Origin: Takakia lepidozioides
Lineage: Eukaryota > Plantae > Bryophyta
Assembly: GCA_030704615.1 (NCBI GenBank)
Contig: CM060732.1
Span: 42,842,001 to 42,906,000 of the forward strand
Direction: 5' to 3'
Length of the DNA: 64,000 nucleotides
This document shows positions 54,251 through 64,000 of this stretch, in pieces (position 1 is the stretch's first letter; each line of letters opens with the position of its first letter). The notes under the pieces were generated by a model. That model was not told where the DNA came from and did not search any database. It worked only from the letters and a program-made list of their open reading frames with translations. A program made the position numbers and the translations under genes.

Positions 54251-55229
54251 TGTTCTTTGTCTCATCCTAACTGTCTGAATGGAGTTGTCTACCAGAGCTC
54301 CTTGTAGGCTTGCTTCTTTTTCCTGTTGTTGGGGTACTATCTGAATGCAGCTGTTTATCATACTTCCCACTTGTACTCTTGTTTCTTTTCCCATTGTCCA
54401 GCTATCTGGATCTCTCTGCTTTTGTCTGGTCTATGCAATTTCCCATGTCTACCCCTCTCATGGCCTCATGCACTATTTGTATTTCACTTCTGGCCTATGG
54501 TCCCTTGTGTTGACAAACATGCATCAAGAGGGTCAATCCTTGTCTTCATACTCCAAATGGCTCTCAATATTTGTCAGCTTCTATCAACAGTCAGCTATGT
54601 TTCCAGATATTTTCAGTCTCATTGTTTCTAGCTAAGATGCATGTAGCTTACAACTTGCAGGCGTGTGCCTACTATCTGTCTGTCCATGCCAGTTGTGTAT
54701 GCTTTCATCCTTTGGGAAGGGCGTTTATGTGTAACTGAAAGGGTTTGTCTTACATTGGTTGGACATTAAACTTTTCGTATAACCAGTGGATTAGTTTCTG
54801 TAGTAGAATTTGTAGCAGGCCAAAGTGCTCTTTTGTGACCTAGCGTTTCTTCAGAGATGAAGTCAGATTCCAGTGGCTATTGCCTCCCAAAGAACGAATA
54901 CCATTTGTGGCTGAGGATCTGCTATCCATGATTTAATTTGATTAAGGAACTGAGAGATGCTTTTGTCCTATATTTCCAACATGCAGGTATGTTAATGGAG
55001 TCTTCTGGGATGAACAGAGAACCTGCATTTCATCTTATTGCAGATGCAGTACAACAACATTCACTATCCATTGTGCGTGCTATCTCCTCAATGAAGACAT
55101 ATCAGCGACAGTGAGGAATCGAATACAAGAAGCTGCAATTGAAACAGCAAGCACCAGTTTGTCTTCAGGGACTATCTTAATTTGGTGAGGAAGGGAGACA
55201 CAAATTACCAGGTCGGATCGGTGACAGAA

Positions 55230-58200
55230 ATGGAGAGCAAGATTTGCAACAGTTGCAGTGTCGTTGACGACTTTCCAGAAGATGAAATTGGCTTATTCCA
55301 TGAGAAAAAAAGTGAAAGAGTTGGGGTTTTGAGCACCTTGGATATCCAGGAACAAGTACCAAAACGGAAATGTCAAAACACTGATTCTCCAGAACTTGGG
55401 AGCCCTGTGAAGAAGCGGAATTCGGTTTCTGGAGAATTCCAATTGGAGGTCCATTTAAGTATGGTGACCTCTTCTGTAGCAATGGAGGAAGATGTGGGAA
55501 GGCAAGCAGAGGCTGTATTCATTGACAACTCGGGGGGTGCCATTAGGAGGTATGCTGCTAAGTGCCCAAACCCTGACAAACCTGTAACAAATTTCATTTT
55601 AGAGCACGATCCCCTAGGACAAAATCTTGTTAAGGCTTAGCAGTAGTGTTCAACAATGCAATAACATTGCACTAGGGTGGAGGAAGAACAGTGATGACAA
55701 AGCAGAAAGTAAGGAGAACGGGAACTTGGAGGAGCAATTGCCAGCCACTGCTGCTGCTGAGGCTGCTATGTTGCAGCTGACTTTACTGAATGAAGGGATG
55801 AGCGACGAGGACAAAGATGATACGGATATTGAGGAAATTAGTGCCAATCAGTTTTCAAGTGATTGGCACCCTGACAAAGAGTCAATCTCCAAAAAACGAA
55901 GGGGGGGTCGGAAGGGTAGAAAGTATATGCCACTGAACAAGGCTGGACAGGACGATCCAGAGACGCAGGGAGCTGCAGCTGAGGGTGGAGCCCAGCCTAG
56001 AAGGGCATTTGGCATGAAGGTGTGTGTTTTTTTTTTCCAGTGCTCTTGCCAGCGAAAGCGCCATATATTGCATGGCCGACCCTTTGTTACAAAGTCTCAT
56101 TCATTTCCTTGCAACTGTCTTGTGTATTGAAGGGGCGGTTGAGGATGTCAAGCAAACGCATGCCAAAGGAAGGGTTGATAACAGGGAAAGCACTCATGGT
56201 GTCAGGATTGCTGGAAGGTCATCATGTTCGCTATTTTCGTGGAGGAGAAGTATGTCATATTTCTCCTTCTGGTTGTAGACTTCTTGTTGCACAGAAATGA
56301 ATGCGAAGCCTGAGCTACCTCTGTCTACTAGGGCAATACCATACCTGAGGATCATGTCAAGGCACTGGATAGTAGCTTCCAGCAGTTGTGACTGAGCTTA
56401 CGAATTCAAAACGAAAATCCAGCAGAAATTGTCAGTGAGCTCAAGTTGTTAGGTAGATATAAAGGATGTCATGATCTTTTTAACCTGCCCACTTCAGGCA
56501 GCACTCTAGACGTGAGATTGTTTCTTGGAATAGGTATTATTGTTGTCAATGAATGGCAAATTTAACCTTTCTCTACACTCTTTCTATGACAGGTTTTATG
56601 TACTGGAATAGTAGGACCCGAGGGCATCATTTGTGACTGCAGCGAGTGCCAGGGTGTGGCTGTGAGTTATCTTGCAGCTTCTTAGGCAACGTGTTTCTTA
56701 AGTTGCATTTGCTTGATTGCTCCAAGGACATTTAGACAGGTCTACAAGCTTTTTAGAGGAGGCCATTTGTTAGTAGGTGACTGGCAATGACTTTGATCAG
56801 GGATACTTTGTATTCCTCAGTCAAGTTTTCTCCTGTGAGATAATTTGTGCTTGCTGTGATTGTGAAACTCAAAATATGTGCCTGATCTTTAAGAGGACAT
56901 ACATCTGAATCCTAAATCAGAATTTTGACTGATGTGTTTGCAAGCTGTGGGCTGGTTGTCTTAAAAGGCGGTCAACATCTCCACATTTGAGAAGCATGCT
57001 GGCAGCACAGCACATCACCCCAGTGATTTCATTTACCTTGAGAACGGCAAGAGTCTGCGGGACGTCATAGAGGCTGTTGCAGGCAAGAGGGGGGCAGAGA
57101 TGATTGAAGCCATTAAAATTTTAGTTGGTGAGATTGGGGTCGGCGATGGGGAAATGAAGGGTGTTTGTTTCAAATGTGGGCACGGGGAGGGCAAACAGCT
57201 GGTTGCCTGCGTAGGACCATCATGCCGGAATTTGTATCATCCAGGTGTGTCTGAGAGCTAGCTTCGGAAGAACATATGGTGGATGGTACTGCTAGACAAA
57301 CCTCTATCTCCAATTTTATAACTCGGTCCACGATATGAGCTTCAGTTTGTAGAATTGTGCATGGTTGGTGGTGGTGCTAACAGTGACATATATTTAAAAC
57401 CATCTTCAAATTTAGTAATGGAGGGTTTAGAGTTTACTTTGTTTTCAACTTGGATTGACCACAATATCCCTCCTTCCATCAGCTTCTTTACTCCCTTGGG
57501 AGTTCTGGTGATTTGCCCCACTTCTGAAGCAAGCAGCAGATATTTGTGAAGCTTTGTATGAAGCAACTAACATGGTAAAAGTTGTCTTTGTGCAGAGTGT
57601 ATGGGTGTGCCAGGTGGTGATTTGCTTTGCCCAAAATGTGAAGCAAGAAAGCCCAAGCCAAAATTGTATGTGAAGTCTAAGAATGCTCCTGACGCAAAGT
57701 CAGGGCGGCAATCAATTGCAAGGTAGACATGAAGTTCCTCTCTTGTAGGGCTGCACTTTGTAACAGTGCAGGGCTTGTGCTGCAGCTTCGGGCCCATGCT
57801 CACAAGACACACAAATGGATTTTCCTCTGGCAACCTACACATTTGAATCTTCCATGTTTCATTTCCTAGCTGTTTCGCTTGACTGTTTGGCTGTCCTCGT
57901 GGATGGACTTCAAGAACCATCCCTGCATACTCTTTGAATTTGAGCCAACAGGATCAAACTGATTTTCTGAGAAAGGAGTGTTTTGAGTTGGTGTATAAGG
58001 AGGTAAGAGGTGTGTGAAAGAAGTACATGGATCACTGAACCAGACAGTAGTGACATTTTGAAGGGTATAATTGCCTTCTCCGCTACCAACCCCGCCTTCA
58101 ACAACCTGCAATTGGTGTAGGGTACAGTAATAACTTCAAGACTTTTGGTGCTGTGTCTAAAAGTGAAGTTAACATGACCAGAGACAGACAGCTGGTGAGC

Positions 58201-61200
58201 CCGATGAGCAGGAAATCAAAGCCCAATCTTCACACATCGATCTTCATGCCGGGTGGTTTGTCGGATGATACTGAGGTCGGCTACTACCTAAATGCTGAGG
58301 TGTGTAAAATTCTCCTCCCCCTTGGAAGTGTCGACCATCTTTTATGAGGCACAAACTGGGATGTGTACCCGATGAATTTTTTCTCTCTCCGTTTTGTCCC
58401 ACAAGCTCTATGAGCTTTCCGCGGACGTTATAAAGCACCGTTTCATTTCAGTTTATTTCATTTCTCTCCTTAGGAGAGAAAAAAATTCATTTCATTTCGT
58501 TTCTCTCCTTTGACGGAGGCACACTTTTTCGGCTAACTGAGCACATATTGAGTAATTTAGATTCGATTTGTGGAAATGATCTCCCAGTCCCCAGAAGGGT
58601 CTGCCAGAACGAAGATGCTTGAAATTGATAGATTGCTTTGAGTTTTATGGCAGTTGGTGAAAAGGGGTGTGAAGAAAGGTGGAGGCATCTGCTGCAGTTG
58701 CTGCAATGAAGTGGTGCGTTCTTACAATAATTTATTATATCACGAGAATCCCCATAGTATTAAAATTCGAAGTTGAAAATGAGATTTCAAACCAAAGAAG
58801 AATAAAATTCAGAGTACGTAAAATGGAGTGCCTTCTAAAGGTAAGCTATTAAACAGCAGGGCGTATGACCTGCCACATTAGGAAATTGGACATATAAATA
58901 ACATTCTGATCTTCTTTACTGAAGGTCTCCAACAACGTCCGTGGAAAGCTCCCTTACGGGACAAGAGAAAGCAACAAAAGTCCTGAGTTTGAGAGCCTTA
59001 TGAAGATATGCCACCTGGCATCTCTGGTCCTCACAATGAAAATCTGTTAGGGATTGGCTCTCTCTGATGAGACAGTCATAGCAGCCACGGATTTTCTAGT
59101 AGAGTGGACAGTTAAACAAAAAAATTTCCTCAGTCTCAATTTCTTGTTTCTTTCCTAGCACAGGCGGCACATGCATTGAGCATGTTGCAGGTTGTCCCAT
59201 CTGCTCATTGCCATCCTCAGACTGTGGGATCCCAACCTGAACCGTCCCAATGCCCACAAAAGAGATGTAGGAAGTGGTGCAAACAAGTAATGGGATGGTA
59301 TGATTATTTTGAGGACCAGGAAGGTATCGTGATAGAGCTGTAGCTTGGTGGTAAGTGGGTGTTGTGATTTCCAGGTCCACTTGTCATGGAGTTCCATCAG
59401 CTCTTCCATGATGAGCTTGTTACAGCCATGTTTGGAAGAAATCTCCAAACCTTATGGCTATAGGGTAGTAGGGCTGTAACCGATAGGCCGTGACGATCAC
59501 AGAAATTAGAGACCTGAGCATACCAACATGTCCTTGAACCTGCTCATGAGTCTCATAGAGGGCATGGACTGGTCCACGTGGAGGAAAGAGGTTGCAGCTT
59601 GGTCAAGAAGATTATAAGTTGAAATAGGGCTTCGAATTCGAGGTAAGCAAATTCTGCATTCAAAATGTGACAGAGATGATGTACACTGAGCCCAGCATCT
59701 GTTGGTTGAAAAATGTCTTTAGGGGTTCAAGAATTTCTTGCCATCAGGAAACATCTACCCCAGGGCACAGACCTCGTAGCGATAGAGAGTAGTGGGAGTG
59801 ACAACAGAATTGAAAAAACCAATTTTCTTGGGATGGTGAGGGAGGTGAATTTGTTTGCGTTTCCCTTGGGACGGAGGGCCATGGCCTTACCCTTGTCAGT
59901 CTGTCAGGAGCTGTATCTGTAAACTTAAACTTTGATGCGTTGAGAACCACTCCAAGGTACGTGTGTGAAATAAAGAAACTTCCGCAGAAAATCCTGCAGA
60001 GAAAGAAGACACGGAATTTGTTATGTGCAAAGAGAGAGGTAGACACGAGACGAAGAAGAGGAAAACTTGTTTCCTCCGAAATAGCCTTAGTTTGAAATCT
60101 TTTCCCAAGACTTCCATGGATATCATATGCTGAGTGCTTCCATTCCAAACCACTGACAAAATCGATGCCCATATTACCGTTGCGTCATTCTCATTTCCTC
60201 CACCTCAAATTCCAGCCCAATCTGCGTTTTCCATGTGTGAAAGCTTCTGTTTGCATGTCAGAACCAGAAACTTAAGCACATCATTGATAAGGTATGTCAC
60301 CTTCATTTCTTGTGAATACAAGGCTTATCTCAGGTTTTAGAGTTCGTTTAGATCTCATGCAAGCCTCTTATACTTTGTGCAGATGAACTGCTCCATGTTT
60401 GAGAAGCATGCTGGACACGAGTCTCGCCAGAGTCCGTAAGTGGTCCCCCTTTTCAGACGTGTGATTGTCTGAGGGTCCTTTGTCTTTGTGATTAGTGCTT
60501 TACTAATGCAAGTAGATACTGAGTAGTGGTAGAGAGACAAATATCCTTGCCGAAGCCAGCCTAAATAAGAGGCACTTCTCCTAGTAAAACTAAGGCACGT
60601 CCCCTGGTGGGGTGGGCGAGTGGTTAGTGCTTAACATGAATGGTCTACATTTGTCCCCAAAGGAACTCTTATGTAAATATATGAAATTTATTATATGGTA
60701 AAACAACCCTGCGTAAATTTCATATTTGTATTAAATATGTAAAATAATGATGTTGCATTGTCACAACAGGTACACGAGCATCCGTGTGGTGGGAAATGGA
60801 TATTCCCTGCACAAGGTGGCTAGGCAACTCACTACTCGGAACAAGGGGAAGCAGGCAGCCAGTGCCATAGATGAGAGCATGGATTGCAATGTATGTGAGG
60901 AAGATGGAGATGTGTTTCTCTGCAATGGTTGCTGGAGAGTTTATCACCCAGGTTTTTAGATCATTCTCACCATGTTTTGTGTTTGTATTGCTGTCTTAGT
61001 GTGTGTGTGGGATGAAATTCAACGAATTTAGGTGTTAAGGCTTCTTCATTTTGCAGTAGATACTTCCTGGTGTTCAATGCTTGCATCAGGTTAATCTCTT
61101 GGGAAAATTTGTAGCTCTTTTGGGGAAGTGGAATGTTTTTTACCATGCTTTGGAAAGGAACAGATTCAGAGAAGACACTGTAGTTCGTCTCCTGGGTAGC

Positions 61201-64000
61201 AAGTTTTTTTCTTGCAGAAGGTGCCTTTCAGTTGAGTGGGCAAGACAACTACTGTGACAGGTTTTGTATGGGCAGTTCTGCTGATCTTTACACAAGGGGT
61301 GGACTGAAATATTCAAAATATGCACAAAATGGGTGAACTGGTCACTAATGCGTATGAAATTTTGACATCAAGATTTTCCATGGGAACCCTAATCTCTCTA
61401 AGCCCATCAAGTTCAGACCCAGCTAGATATTATAGCTCCGAATTCAATTAAGATCAGTGAATTAAAAATTCTAGAGATCATCCATAATGTGCATCACTGT
61501 TCTACTGCGGTCTCTTTTGCAGAGTGCGTCCACCTGGTGAGCATCCCGGATGATAAATGGCTTTGCCCAGGCTGCCAGCAGAAGGAGTCTGGGGTCATGG
61601 AGGGTCGGTGTGCATTCTTGTTAAATGTTCCTGAAGTTGTTGGCGGATGTGCTTCTTGCAAGTGAGTTACGTGTTGTTTAAAAAATGAGTCCTCTCAGAT
61701 GTAAAGACACATTCGCCATTTTCACCATGACCTGATTGTCCTGCGGCAGCTAGCTTTCCAGATGTGCCACAGTGAGAATACTCCTGAATTTCGTTTTGAT
61801 CTTGTTTCTTCTTCCTTTCCTTTCCTTTCCACTCCCCTCCTCAGCAGCAGTGCTGCGTTGAACATTGTGTTTTTGAGGATGATGTCTACCGAAGCTGTAC
61901 ATCAAATACCCGTTCCACCAGAATATTTGGTGGCTCTGTGCAAGCTTTATGGCATTTTCCCTACACCCGGCTCGAGGAGGTTTGATATCCTGTGGGACAA
62001 TGCACTGTGGGGTTCACAATAACCTAAGATTGCAGGGCCTGCACGAGGCCTTCACCCTCAGACAATCCCTCAAGCAATAGTTTTACTTCTGGCTCTGGTT
62101 TTGTTTCCTCTCTCATGTTTTTTTCCATTGTGTCCCATAAGCTCTATCCCCGCGGACGTTATAAAGTACCATTTCATTGCATTTCTCTCTCAGAATGAGA
62201 TCCTCTCTAGCACCTTGCTTTGACAGTCGACCAGGAAATCTTACATTGGCTCATGCTTTTGTCCTTCCAGATCAGGGCACTTCTACAAGGCAAGCTTGTT
62301 CTGTGAGCAAGTGAGTAAAGTGGAAATCTTCCTTTTTTAACCTCCCAATGACCTTACAGTAAGGTAGAAGCAGAGTGGATTTCTGGTTTGCAAGGATGTC
62401 ATGGCAGGTTCACCATTCTTTGGTTACCACTAATTAATGATGAAGAGGCCAATATTTTCCACTCTAGAGACATTTGCATAGCAACAGAGACATAACAAAT
62501 TGTACTGAATGGACCCACATGCCAAATTGCACATGGCTTGAACGTGTACTGACAGCTTTCTAAACTTGGTTGTGGGCAGTGTGAACGGCAATATCACGTT
62601 GACTGTTTGGAGAAGCCTATACGGGTGAGTTCTGCTCGTGAGAATAGAGGTTCATTACTAGGTATTAGTCTGCTGTCGGGATATTTTGCTGTTGAGCTTG
62701 TTGACATCTATTCAACCAAATGGAAGCACACATCACAAAGGTTTTACTTGCTACTGTTGTGCTGGCCTGTGGAGACAGCACAGTTGGGTTTTAGCAGCAA
62801 TGGTACAGACACGAATTATCTGAAGGGCTCTTAAACTCATTTCTGGCTGAATGTTACCGCCAATTTCACAGGGTGGACAGGGACTGCAGTTTTGTGGTGC
62901 TATTTGTGTGAATATGTGGACTATATTGAGACTGTTGGTTGGCAATGGGCCTGAAACATTTGAGGATAGCCTCATCGGCAAAATATGGGAAGAGAAGCAG
63001 CGAAAAGACTCTACTGATCAGCAGTATCAGCATACTGCCATGAATCTGGAGTGGCAGCTGCTCAATGGTAGGCGTGGCGATCCAGCCACTGGTCGGACCC
63101 TTGCTGAAGCTGTGGACGTTTTCTCAGTGAGCCACTTTTATGTCTCCCTCCAAATTAAATTCCATTTCAACTAGTTGTCGTAGGATGCACCTACTTGCCA
63201 CCTACAGCAGATGTAGTTTGCCTTTTGGTTAATGCGTGCAACTTGTGTGCAGCCAGATGTCTGTGCTGCACTTCCGTTGAAGCAAGTCTAGTGATTGTAC
63301 TCTTGGTCCTAACTCTAGTATGATATTGCAGGAATGTTTTGACCCAATTGTGGACGAAAAATCGGGACGCAATTTGATCCCCCTCATGGTCTACAGGTGT
63401 GATGCCTCTCCAGCCTGATGTTTAGGATTAAAATAACTCGAGTGGGGAAGGGAGGAGGGGTTTGTCAATTCCTACCTCTCACTTGGCTTATGGGGGTGTC
63501 CCTACCAGTGGGTTCCGGATTGCTGGCAATTCTCGAAGAGCATGGTGGCAGGTTCTCCATGTCTGTGGTGGATAGATCTTGTGGATTAGGGTGAAGGAAT
63601 TGGTCTTTTGACGATGTATATGTACTTGTGTCTCACAGCCTTCGAGAATTTGCAGGCATGTACTGTGTGGTGCTGAAGTACAAGTAAGCGATTAAATTCC
63701 CACTCTCAACCCATGCTATCCTCTTCATGACAGTTGAAAGTGTTTTAATTTTTCTTTTTTTCACTGTGGGAGTTTCAGAAAGGACTCGTCTGAGGGGTGA
63801 AGCTATGGTCAAAGTGCACTTTTCTAAGGAATGATCAAACTCTCTTTTGTGGGGCTGTGATGTCTGCAGCAACAAGGTGGTGTCCACAGCTGTTGTGCGC
63901 CTTTTTGGGAACCGGCTGGCAGAGGTGCCCCTTGTGGCAACTCGCCCTGAAAACCAGCGACAGGTTCTCTCCTCTCCGTCTGGGCCTCTTGTGGATGTTA
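55230..64000 (+). CDS. PHD-finger / Tify-domain-binding / GNAT acetyltransferase protein (IDM1/ROS4-like family), multi-exon, continues beyond the window
   Basis: Approximate GT-AG exons: 55230-55549, 55641-56019, 56133-56249, 56593-56661, 56968-57244, 57596-57721, ~58181-58289, 58654-58713, 60383-60435, 60770-60951, 61523-61661, 62270-62310, 62580-62624, 62872-63126, 63332-63397, 63640-63683, 63870-63963. They encode FEKHAG...IYLENGKSLRD twice, PHD fingers, and CFDPIVD..SGRNLIPLMVY...FAGMYCVVL...VVSTAVVRLFG..LAEVPLVAT. Confidence 0.9.
58950..59640 (-). mobile_element. Intronic 3' fragment of an RTE-X-like LINE
   Basis: ALGRFRLGSHSLRM...CRLC / EIETEEIFLFNCPLY, a typical C-terminal CCHC region of LINE ORF2. 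Confidence 0.65.

Overview
A eukaryotic window dense in transposons, most likely from a bryophyte such as a moss. This is inferred from the PLS-type PPR-DYW style, the spliceosomal introns and the TE families; no taxon is proven. From left to right it holds: (1) a 7.4-kb TIR element (MULE-like, 10-bp TSD, SWIM finger) full of a palindromic motif; (2) a 5'-truncated Dualen/RandI-like LINE with chromodomain, RNase H and restriction-like endonuclease; (3) a decayed, internally duplicated PPR-DYW pseudogene; (4) an 11.6-kb Ty3/gypsy element with both LTRs, a deleted pol and large extra ORFs; (5) a pogo-like transposase relic; (6) a second Ty3/gypsy element, rearranged by two adjacent inversions; (7) a degraded L1; (8) the 5' part of an intron-rich PHD/Tify-binding/GNAT (IDM1-family) host gene. 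The standout is the second gypsy element. Its Pol frame carries a complete cytosine-5 DNA methyltransferase domain between protease and RT, and its integrase ends in a PHD finger. This copy is a pseudogene, so activity cannot be shown from the window.
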